Part shown: positions 13,250-24,500 of the stretch, piece by piece
Layout: each line of letters opens with the position of its first letter
How positions within the stretch are numbered: position 1 is the stretch's first letter
Assembly: GCA_965649765.1 (NCBI GenBank)
Contig: OZ287758.1
Coordinates: forward strand, 33,170,001-33,234,000
Origin: Bispira polyomma
Lineage: Eukaryota
Direction: 5' to 3'
DNA length: 64,000 nt
Position numbers and translations under genes: made by a program
The notes under the pieces: generated by a model
The model's input: only the letters and a program-made list of their open reading frames with translations
The model's database searches: none
What the model was told of the DNA's origin: nothing

Positions 13250-15275
13250 ATGGAGGTATTGTGAAAGAAGATTTATCACCAGAAAGACTATACAGGGTTA
13301 CAGTTACTGTCACAAGTTAATTCATGTTGGTGATGCCAAATCTGAGACATTTGATCAGCAAAGAGGTGTAATTTTCACAAAACGGCAGACAGTTTGTGTC
13401 TATAGTGGTGTCAAGAAAGTGTGGACTCACTCTGAACTACAGTCAAGTAACAATCTTGGAAGTGATATTGTCACCAGTAATGAATTTTGTAACATTTCTG
13501 AGACACATGATTATCGATAATCTGTTCCAGCAACAGATGTGCTGTTTCCCAGTTGATATTCTTGGCAGCAGGCTTTTCCCAACTGACAAAGTATGCAACC
13601 TGGGCGTGTTGTTTGACTCTGAATTCTCCTTCTCCAACAATGTTGCATCCGTGTGTAGATCATGTTTTGTTGGCCTCTGTGATTTCAGGCGAATTAGGCG
13701 TTATCTAACCAAATCCACTGCAATCACTGTTGCCAACGCCTTGGTCAGCAGCAGGCTTGATTACTGCAACTCTCTGTTCCGTTGCCTATCTTGTAGTGAC
13801 CTCAAAAGTCTTCAGAATGTTCAACACTCATTGGCTCGCATCGTGGCCAAAACTTCTAAATTTTCTCATATTACTCCTGTATTTAAGTCACTCCACTGGC
13901 TCCCAATAAAATATCGTGTTGCTTTCAAAATTGCAACAATTATATACAAATTTCTAAATTCTGGATCACCCACCTATTTCAGCCCCCATCTATCCAAATA
14001 TACATGCTCAGTCAGGACTAGGCGCAGTTACCCTGATAAGTTATATCTTAACATTCCCACTTTCGACCCTCGCATCCACAAATCCAAAGTACATTTCAAT
14101 CATTGCCTTGCTCATGATGGCCCCTTCATATGGAACAGCCTGCCTGATCATGTTCGCTTCGCTCAAACGTTCTCCTCTTTTAGGAGTAAACTGAAGGCCT
14201 ACCTTTTCGAACAGGCCTTTCCACCTTAGCCATCACAACCATCCCGGTAGTCTCTCTGGTTATGACCACCATCCGTCCCCCATTTCTGATTTTTTTTTTT
14301 GATTAATGCTTAGGTTAGTTGCGCCTTAGAATTTGTTGTACAAAGATTAAGCGCTATAAAAGTACGATTAGATTAGATTAGATGTGTAATGAAAAGTCAG
14401 ATATTTCCAGTCTCTGTACCAAGACATTTACGCAGTAAGTTACAGAGGCACAAACGTACACATAGCGATGAAAACCTTACACTTGTACTATCTGTGACAA
14501 ATCTTTCACAATATCTGATTTATTAAAGCAGCATGTGCGCATACATAGTGGTATGTATGGTGAAAAGTTTTTCACTTGTACTGTGTGGCAAATCTTTCAT
14601 AAGATTTGATATATTAAAAGTGCACATGCATACATAAAATAGTGAAAAGCCTTTTCAGTTGTACATACTGTGACAAATGTTTTATGACCTCTGATATAGC
14701 CCGTATTGGTGAAAAGCCTATGAGCTACATTATCTGACCATTATTTTGCACAGTATGGTCAATTACAGAGCCTCATACGTGTACATAATGGTAAAAAGCC
14801 TTTCAGCTGTACTGTCTATGACAAATGTTTTGAACAGGATGCTCAATTAAAAAAAACCACATGTGCACACATAGCGGTGAAAAGCCCTCCACTTGTAGTC
14901 TCTGACAAATTCCTCATGACCTCCATTACATCAAAGCTGCATAGGCTTATTCATACTTGTAATGTCTGTGACTGATCGTTTGTGAGCTGTGGCAGTTTTA
15001 AACATCATATAAATACCAGTAAAAAGCTTTTCACTTGTGATCTTTCGGACAAATCTTTAATGACCTTTGGTAAATTAAATCTTCACATGTGTGTACATAG
15101 TGGTAAAAACCAGTGTAGTTGTACCGTCTGTGAAAAAATTGTTTGTAAGATCTGATAAATTAAAACTGCACATGCATATACACAGTGGAGAAAAGCCTTT
15201 TAATTGCACTGTTTGACAAATCTTTACACAATAGGGTCACCTAACAGTTGACATGATGTTCACATTAATGAGTAA
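13250..15275 (+). pseudogene. C2H2 zinc-finger array pseudogene (~11 degenerate fingers at 14400-15275), interrupted by an L2 insertion
   Basis: Repeated units such as [25 protein letters not shown] and KLKLHMHIHSGEKPFNCTV, with frameshifts and stops; upstream boundary uncertain. Confidence 0.8.
13542..14379 (+). mobile_element. 5'-truncated L2 LINE with intact 3' end and (GATTA)n tail
   Basis: Uninterrupted C-terminal ORF (NLGVLFD...SRLDYCNSL...LHWLPI...LFEQAFPP*), tail gattagattagatt, 7-bp TSD agatgtg at 13535-13541 and 14380-14386. Confidence 0.9.
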
Positions 15276-17004
15276 TGGTTACTTTCATGTTTGAACACTA
15301 GTGTTAATAAGTAATTTGCTTGTAAATTTAAAAGTATTGCTTCTTGGCAGATTTTGTTAAATAAGTTATTCAGGTACATTTTAATTTTGCACAATCTGGT
15401 TAAGTTACAGAGATGTAGGACTGTGGCTCAGTGACTAGTGTTACAGGTCTAGTTAATAAATTAAAATTGATTAATAAAAGCTTACTTTAGCAAGAGACCG
15501 TATTGATGTCTGCTATGTTGATTACCAGCTTTTAGATTTTCAATTGGCGGAAAAGTACACTTCCTTTGGGATGGAATTTATTACAAAATAAGTTTTTTAT
15601 AAATATCGTTCATTTGTAAAAACTAGTTAATGACCCAAATCAAGCTCAGCATGAACTACATAATACAAAAGTTCTCAATACAGATAACGATTAATAACAT
15701 TATTAATCATTTTTTGCATTTCACTTATTTACTGATCCGAATCTATCTGGAGTAAAGTTGCGAAACATTGGCACTGGAATTAGTGGTTACACATATTCAC
15801 TAACCAAATCATAGATTATGTGTATTCACTGGTAATTTCATTGATATTTTGTTGTTAATTATTAGACAGATTCACTCTAACATATACATATATAGGTGTT
15901 TTACAATATCACTTGGTATTGATTTTTGGCTTGTTGAACATCCCCTATGGCAGTACTAATTATCTTGTTTCTTGATTTAATTGTGCTAGTTCATCATTGG
16001 TTTTTTGAACTTCCTATGTTTTCACAATAGAACCCAGTGAAGTTACTATAGAAAAGATTTGTGCCATGTAGATCTGTTCTACGGTCACCAAAAAGGGTTG
16101 TTAAGTACTTAATCGTGGTCTTTTTACAATGGTTTAAGCTTTCATGGATTTAGTCTGGTGCAATTTGTATTATGAGATCCTTTCCTTAAAAATATTTAAC
16201 TAGTCGAAAATTGAATTTCTGAATTGTTGTATTAAACCAGTCAAATGTTACATATTTGATATGATTGTGTTATTTTACAAAGACTTTTAAAAAATTGAGT
16301 GAAAGAAAATACAAGAATCCCTTTTGCACTGAATAAATAAATGCTGCTGTTTACTCCAATCATGGACCTATTCCTAATTAAATCCAGGTACTCTGATCTG
16401 CCTCTATACCACCAGAACTATAATCTCTATCATAATCCTATCAATTTCATCTTAAATTCAATCCTCCAGCTAGGAGTTTTACCTCCTGGCAATTCATAAT
16501 TGTTACTGTGCATAACCTTGTCTTTTTGCGGAACTGTCGGAATACCTGGCCCTATCATAATGATCGTCATTCAGACCACTACTTCACCGCAGTTTTGTAA
16601 AGTGCTACCCAGTTTTACCTTAGCAAACCTCATGCAAGTTTTACCTTGTCTTTTAAAATTCTGTTAAGGCTTACCTAACAGAACTATATTGGAGATTGGA
16701 AATTTTTCTTTCAAATTTTACCTAGTTCGAAATATGTTCTGCATGAAATATATGAGAAAAAACCCTCGGTAGATATACATACACAAAAATCTACAAGTTT
16801 TACAATATTTTTCAGAACAAAGTTTTACCTTTGCAGCATTTATGTTTATACATTTAATCTGCCTTTAAGCAAAAAACATAACCACAAAGTTGACCTTGCT
16901 CTATACATTAAACCAAACAGATTTACCCTGAGATGAACCAAGTTTTAGGTTTTGGTTGATCAATTCTTAAGGTTTACTCTACTTGTACAACACAAAGTTT
17001 GAAT

Positions 17005-17260
17005 TTAAATTTGAATTTGGATATTTAACGTCCACTCTAGTACCTTTTAGTAGGTTATATTGGTACGGGTAGTTGGAAACGCTGGAGGAAAGACGGCATA
17101 CAGTCGGTCAAGGTTCTGCACTGAAACCAGCGGCCCACAGTAAGGAACCACCACCTTTCCCACATAGGCATCGACAGGATTTGAACTCACGCCGCCCAGA
17201 GGTGAGAGACCAGTGGTTGTGAAGCGCAGTGCTTGCTAACCACCAGGCCACCGCTGCCCC
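17005..17260 (-). mobile_element. Full-length tRNA-derived SINE (family A)
   Basis: A-box GGTGGCCTGGTGG and B-box GAGTTCAAATCC on the minus strand; (AAATTC)n-like tail; perfect 16-bp TSD aacacaaagtttgaat at 16989-17004 and 17261-17276. Confidence 0.92.
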
Positions 17261-17328
17261 AACACAAAGTTTGAATCACAGCCTGGACTAGCAGATTTTA
17301 TCCTTCAAACTAGAAGATGTTATATATA

Positions 17329-17839
17329 TGTCACGATAAAAAGTCCAATCTGATAGAATTTCAAATGCTACCGGTAGAAACTCCAATTGGACTTTCTACC
17401 GGCAGAAAGTCCAATTGGAAAATTTGAAGAAATAAAAAGAAAACGCAACCAGTGATTTATGTTTTATTGTTTAAAAAATGTGCATTGCTATATATTAAAT
17501 ATGCCTTGACTAATAAATGTTGTTTGAATTATTTTGTTGTATTACATATTTTTACAGAATATATTTTGGCAACAATTGCATCAACTATCTTATCATATTA
17601 ATGCTGTTGAAAACAAAAACGATTCCCAGTATTTTTACATCAATAATCTATTTGTCAGTAAAATATAAGATACTTTAACATAGTGATCTTATTTATCATA
17701 AAAAAGAGTATTGAGTCAGTAATGTAACATACAATTTGATTTTTTTCTTTTTCATAATAAACATAATTGGAGAAAGTCCAATTGGAGTTTTTACTAGAAG
17801 AATTTGAAATTCTACCAAATTGGACTTTCTACCATGACA
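17329..17839. mobile_element. MITE with ~70-bp terminal inverted repeats in a TA context
   Basis: tgtcacgataaaaagtccaatctgatagaatttcaaat... versus reverse complement of the right end tgtcatggtagaaagtccaatttggtagaatttcaaat... Confidence 0.85.
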
Positions 17840-18389
17840 TATATACACGTCAATGCTAATTGTTAAACATTTTTTAAATTATACATGAACCTTTAGGTTA
17901 TAGGTCCCAATTCATATGGCATAACACTTGCAATATTAAATACACATAGCTCAACAGAATATTAATACATAGCTAGCTAAGATATTACCCTTAGACATAT
18001 AGATGCTGCATAACCATTGCAAGTTTAAATCCACATTGTTCCACAGAACATCAATACATGCCCTCAAGTTTTACCCTGAAACATAAATCTGCCACGTTGG
18101 TACCAAAAATAATTAAACATTGTGAAATCTATATCGCAGGTTTGACCCTGCAATAGAAAAAACTATAACTATATATGTGAACATCGCCCACATAAATAAC
18201 CGGTTTTAACCTGATAACCTGACCTATGGGTTTACCTCACTCATTGTACCTCATTGTGTCATACCCAGATCAGCAAAAATACTGAAGAGTGCATGGTTTC
18301 TGCAATGTAACATCCCAGACAGACCAAACTCGAAGAATACAAACCAATTGGCTGAGAAGTTCAGTATGTTTAGTATGTGCCCATTTTTT

Positions 18390-20381
18390 GGTGCCAACTA
18401 TACCTTGGACTTCTTCTCGGATCTCAGACTTTCCTTGGACTTTTGTGGCGATCGCCACTACCCCATTCCCCCTATCGCCACTACCCCTTCCTCCTATCGC
18501 CACTTCCCCACCCCCGCACTTATAGCGATCGCCACTACCCCATCCCCCCCCCTATCGCCACTGCCCCCACCCCCTCGGACTTTCGTCACTGCCCCTACCC
18601 CCCCTCATATTTGTATATGATTGTAAGTGATTGTAGTTAGTACTATTACCATTCAATTATATCACATGCAATCACAGAACCTAACTTCTAAGGGTTACAC
18701 TCATACCGATACAGACCTTTGATATTCAAAGTACCTTAACTTTATTGATGTGTGTGCCATTGATCTGCTTGTAATTAATGAATTTACAATGCATTTCAAT
18801 CACAGAATCAAACTTTTAAGGATTACACACATACAGATACACACCTTTGATATTCAAAATATCTTTAGCTTCATTGATGTGTGTGCCATTGTCTGATTGT
18901 AATTAATCAATTTACTATGCAATTCAATCACAGAACTAAACTTCTAATTAATATAATATGTGTGTGTGTGCATGTGTGGCAATAGACCAAGCCACTCCTG
19001 TCCTCCCCTATCGCCACACATACACACTTACATATAATATTAATTCTATCTATATAATTATTGGCCATGTAAATCAGAAAACTAGGAAGTGTTTTTGTAT
19101 CAATTCAATATATATATGTAGATTTGCCATGTATATCACACATACTTACATGAGGGCACTTTGACTTTGTAAATATATTCTTTTGTGCCAGAAAACAAGA
19201 GAAACGTTTTTGTATTAATTTAATATATATGTATATTGGCCAAGTAAATCACACATACTTATATGAGGGCAGTTTTGGTATTATTTAATGTACATGTATA
19301 TTCTCATGTAAATCACACACTTATAAATTTCCTCATCCCCATTCATCCCCATTAATTGTTTATACTTCAGAGAATGTTTAGAAATACTTCATTTTGAGCC
19401 ATTTCCCAAAAAAGAAAAGACCAGGAAAGGGTAAGATAAAGTGTAAGAAAATAATTTAAGTTAGGTCACAATGCTACTGTGGTATGCCTGATTTATTTAA
19501 AAATATGGTTCAGTGTGATGGCTGTGATAACTGGTTTCATTTAAGCTGCAGTGGCTATACCAGTGATAATAATAGTCAACCATAGATGTGTTAGGAGTGT
19601 TTTTAATTTGAAAATTTACTTTCATTTAAGCTGCAGTGGTTATACCTGTGATACTGATGAGAAAAGTAGTCAACCATGGATGTGTAAGGAGTGCTTTTAA
19701 TTTGATAACATGTGTGTTTTATTGGGTACTAGTAAAATAAAATGTAACATATACCAAAACATCCAATAAATAAATATTTATTTCATAAAATGTGTGTTTT
19801 ATTGTGTTTATAATAATAATAAAATAAAATGTAAGACATACCAAAACATCCAATAAATAAATATTTATCACATAACATGTGTGTTTCATTGGTAAAATAA
19901 TAAGTAATATACCAAAAACATCCAATAAATAAATATGTATTATATAACGTGTGTTTTATTGGTAAAATAATATGTAATATATACCAAAATCTTCCAATAA
20001 ATAAATATTTATTTCATAAAATTTGTGTTTTATTGTGTTTATAATAATAATAAAATAAAATGTAAGACACACCAAAACATTTATTTCATAAAATGTGTGT
20101 TTTATTGTCCTCCAACTATAGCCACACCCGTCCCCCCATCCCCACCCCCTCGGACTATCGCCACTCCCCCCAATAGCCACTGCCCCTATCGCCACTCCCC
20201 CCCCCCTATCGCCACTTTCCCCCCCCCCCCCCCTATCGCCATTTCCATCGCCCCTATCGCCATCCCCCCCCCCCCTATCGCCACTCCCATTGGGTTTGTG
20301 CATCGCCGTGTGTACGATTTGTGCGCGGCCGTGGCGATCACAACTCGGATCGCCACAAAAGTCCGAGGTATAGTATGTACC
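18390..20381. mobile_element. Non-autonomous Mutator-like element with C-rich subterminal repeats and a PHD-finger remnant
   Basis: TIR GGTACATACTATACCTCGGAC (left copy diverged), 9-bp TSD ccatttttt (18381-18389 / 20382-20390), cctatcgccact arrays near both ends. Confidence 0.85.
19370..19700 (+). pseudogene. PHD-finger coding remnant inside the MULE (3' half duplicated)
   Basis: ECLEILHFEPFPKK...CYCGMPDL..MVQCDGCDNWFHLSCSG.......MC*EC; second FHLSCSG...PWMCKEC copy at 19620-19695. Confidence 0.8.
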
Positions 20382-21482
20382 CCATTTTTTTAAAGCGGCA
20401 ATTTCCCGCTACACATAGCGTGGACACGTGCAATCTTCATGTAAAATGTGAACAAAACAAGCATTAATATACACAAGTGGCTTGGTATTTAACCCAATAT
20501 TTTTATATCCGTCCGTGGGGATACTAGTAATACGTATACAGCGTGATACACTAAGGCCCACTGACAACATTATTTAAGGTGGATACTATTTGCTGGAATG
20601 GAATGGGTGCGATATGGAGATGCTATGGCCAATAAGGGTGCGATGATTTTTAACTATAAACAGATATATAACTATGTAAATAAACAATAGCGTGATAAAC
20701 TTCAGTTGTACACAGACCATACAGGGTATATTAGAGAGTGATGTGTTCAGTAGTATATTGTTTTCAAAACAAAAACCCAAGAAGAAAAACAAGCTTGGAA
20801 AAAAAAACTTTTTCAAAAAGTTTTTAGAATCTTCAGTTCAATGTGGGCTCGTGCAACGGCTATAAGACAGCAGACTGACGTTAGCCGCGGTAACCACGTC
20901 TACCATTTTTTTAATAACGGTTTTAGTTTTCTATAGGTGTATAATGCTTTCTCCGTAGGGAAGTGGACTTCAATCAGAGATTGTGTCTTGCTCCATTATT
21001 ACCACAGCTTCTCAAATCCCTCATCTATTAATCATCCAATGCTCAAAATCCTTTTGTCACCCTTTGTCATAACAGTCCCTGTTATTTAGATCCTGTTCTC
21101 TCAATCCATCATCCTTTATCCCTATTTTCCTTCTTCTTTGTTGTTATACTTTCTTTTCTGCTTGCTTTTTGTTGAGTTGACCTGATCCAAGAACCAGGTC
21201 AAATCCTTTATTATCACTCACTCTATCCAATCTCTTCTTCACATAAAATGCATTATTTATGATCCGTTTTTTACTCCTGATTCAAAGGCTACTGAAGTAA
21301 TCCTTTAAATTAATCCACATAATTAAAATATCAAAGTTTCCGAATTCAGGAACTTCAGGGTTTGCAGAAATCAGGAAAGTTTCCAAATTCTACGACTAGC
21401 AGTGATTGTAGTTAATCGACATATAATTTTGTGTCGTGACAGCCCTAGTTATGTGTTGTTGTAGACATCAGATGTTTGAAGA

Positions 21483-21584
21483 ATGTCGGAGGTGGATGGG
21501 GAAGACTTGTTTCGATGTCCCTATGACAGCACTCACATGGTCAGATTAAAGAGAATGCCGTATCATCTAATGCTGTGTCGAAAA
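21483..21584 (+). CDS. GTSF1: GTSF1 coding exon 1 (CHHC finger 1)
   Basis: CPYDSTH...RMPYHLMLCRK, donor gtaagt; an upstream acceptor ending 21464 implies a non-coding first exon. Confidence 0.93.
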
Positions 21585-24500
21585 GTAAGTACAGTCTAAC
21601 CCCCTGTAAGCCGAACCTTGATGAACCAGAATTACCTCTACTTAAGCAGGGTTTCACTTAACAGGGTCAATTTTAATAGAAAATACCTTTGTGGGACCAT
21701 AATTGTTTCTCCACATAAATGAGAATTACTTAAGGGTTTTGCCAGTAGTAAAATTAGAGAAGTTCATTGAAATATTTTTTTTGTGCACAAGTACAAAGCA
21801 TCAGTAACTTTTGTAATTTAAAATTTCAGAAATTTGTTTAGGGTTGATAAGTATTGTTCAACCTTGTAACCCTCTGTACAGTAATATAGTGGTGAGGACT
21901 GGTGAGTGGTGACACGCTTGTCTCTTACCACTGCCCTCGTGGATTCAAATCTTGGTCCTGGCATGTATGCGTGTTGAAGGCCTGTGGTTTGCAGAGTGAA
22001 AAACCTTGACCAACGACTCTTCTGATTTTCTACACCAGTGAACATTAGCCATTGTGATCTGACAAGAAGACATTTTGAACCAAAACTAAAAAGATAACTT
22101 TGTAACCCACATAGTCATTTGACGCTCGATGTGACTGTTTTAGATCACGTAAGAGGAACAATGTTTACGGGTATATCATCTGTTATTGCACTGATTAATA
22201 TCAAATAAAAGTACACTTCTACTTAATACATAACATGCATTTGTTATCTATCAGTAAATAGGTCAGTAAACAATAACCAATACGTAACTAGAGGATTGGG
22301 AACCAGCCGATCGAAAATAGGCACACATCGAAAATAGGCACATTCATGGCTCTATATTATCATGTTTTCGGGACATCTTGATTAACCTATTCGCGACTGG
22401 GAGAAAAGTATCACCGAGAACTGGAGTAAATTTTCCGGCAGCAGGTGACAGATAGCTGAAGTCACTGAAATACAAACCACACACCACTTCCAGCATTAAA
22501 TAACTACCTTGCATATTATTTTTTTATACGGGGAAAGTCTGCTGTACAAACAGTTTCCTACTGTTAGGGGATTAAAATAAAATAATTTTTGATGGGTGTT
22601 TTTGGTAATTAGTATTTTCGTCGGCTGCTTACCGACAACCTATGTCTTGAAATGATTAAATAATTGTTTTATATTTTTCACTGTAGAATTTCCCAAACTC
22701 TGGCCTTATTAGCTGCCCATTCAATGCACTACATGAAGTTCCCAAAGCAGAGCTGAGGTACCACATCTCCATGTGTGGCGACAAGTACAGGATAGAACAA
22801 GAGGTGGCTGGCAAAGGTAGGATATTGCCGCACAGAGGAAATGGAATACAGTAGAACTGGGGGTTGTGATGTCATTGCTAGTTAAAATGGGATGACATTA
22901 TTGCTAATTTTCATGATGTAATCACGATAATATCATAATAATAATAATGTTCACGTTAAATCCTTTTCTGAAAGTTTTGTTGGCTTAATATATTTTTATT
23001 GTAAGGTTATTGGTCAACGTTTTTTTTTATGTTTTAGGAAATACTGACATTTTTATGCACTACTTGGTCCAGGGTTGGGATCTAATTGAATAATTAATTG
23101 GATACTTTGGTTTAGCGTTTGCTACCTCGCCGCCGAGAGATTTTCACCGTTAACACTCTCAGCGGAAAAATAGACCAGCTAGCTTCACTAAATTTGAGGA
23201 TATCTTTATTGGAAGGTAAGGTGCTCTGCGACTGAAATTAGCCTCATTCTGAAAAACAAGATGGCCGCCATCTGCATTTCTTTGAAAATTATCCACCTTT
23301 TTCTACTGGCTGGTTCTCGTAACTAGAAGGTTAAATCTCTTCATAGGTGATATGTGTATCAGATATATATGTCCTCTACAAGCGTGCAGACATTTAACCT
23401 TGAAGCTCTTCATTCAAGGTCATCCACAGAGTGCCAAAGTACCCCACATAGCGAACTAAGTGCCTTTTTCTCCCTTATTATTGGTCCTAGAGGTTTGGCA
23501 TGTGAAGCCTACCTATAGGAAATCATAAGCTGGGAATCTTCTGATGTGGTCAGGTTTGACCTTGGGACCCTTATTCAAGGTCCAACAATGTATCCAATCT
23601 TAAAAGTGCTTATAACTCACTTATTATTGGTCCTAGAGGTTTGCATTGTGAAACCAACTTATAGGTAATCATGAACGGGGAATCTTTTGATGTGGATTAA
23701 GGTTTGAGTCCTTCCATCAAGGTCAGACAAGGGTAGCTTACCTTAAAAGGTATTATTGGTCTTACAGTTTTGAGATGTAAAGCCAACATAAAAGAAATCA
23801 TGGGCTGGGAGTCTTCTGATGTGGTCACGTTTGACCTTGGGCCCCTCTTTTACAGTCAAATGACAATAGCCAAACTTAAAAGTGCTTATAACTCACTTAT
23901 AATTGGTCCTACCGGTTTCCAATGTGAAACCAACTTATAGGTAATCATGGGCTGAGAATCTTCTGATGTGGTCAGATTTGATCTTGGACCCCTCCTTCAA
24001 GGTCAGATGAGGGTAGCCATAGCTTGGGTGTTTCCTACCTAGGGCGCTCTGTCTTTCTTGTGGATACAAATATGCATCGGTTCTCTGATGCGCTAGGTCT
24101 AGTTACAATTACCGGTTACTCAGTAATTGTAATTAAGTGTCCCTTGAAAAGGGCGCTTATTTGGTTTCACTCCTGGTTGCCTCGCTGCCGCCGCCGCCGC
24201 ATGGTCTTCCTTGAATATCTCCTTCAATATTATCTGCATCAAAATTATTTTTGGCAGTTCTCTTAACCAGGAGTGAGAAATTTTTTTGATATTCTTGGCT
24301 TTGAACTTTGGCCTACTTTAATGTCAGGTGACCCTGGGGGGTATAAAAGTGCTTGTCACTAGGTTTTCTCAGAAAGTATTCATCATAGCTCAATGAAATT
24401 TGGTATGTACCTTGGTAAGGCAATTTTCAGGACGGGAGACTCTGATGAGATTAATCGGATGATAATTGACCGATTGCCAACCGATTGATTTTTATTGAAA

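Noticed and set aside
13396-14229. 277-aa ORF as a host gene
   Set aside because: L2 ORF2 C-terminus in chance fusion with flanking sequence; non-ATG start
17190-17260. tRNA gene
   Set aside because: tRNA-like head of a SINE with body, tail and TSD
18270-18640. Pro-rich/Gly-rich ORFs (also 19956-20393)
   Set aside because: Translations of MULE subterminal C-rich repeats
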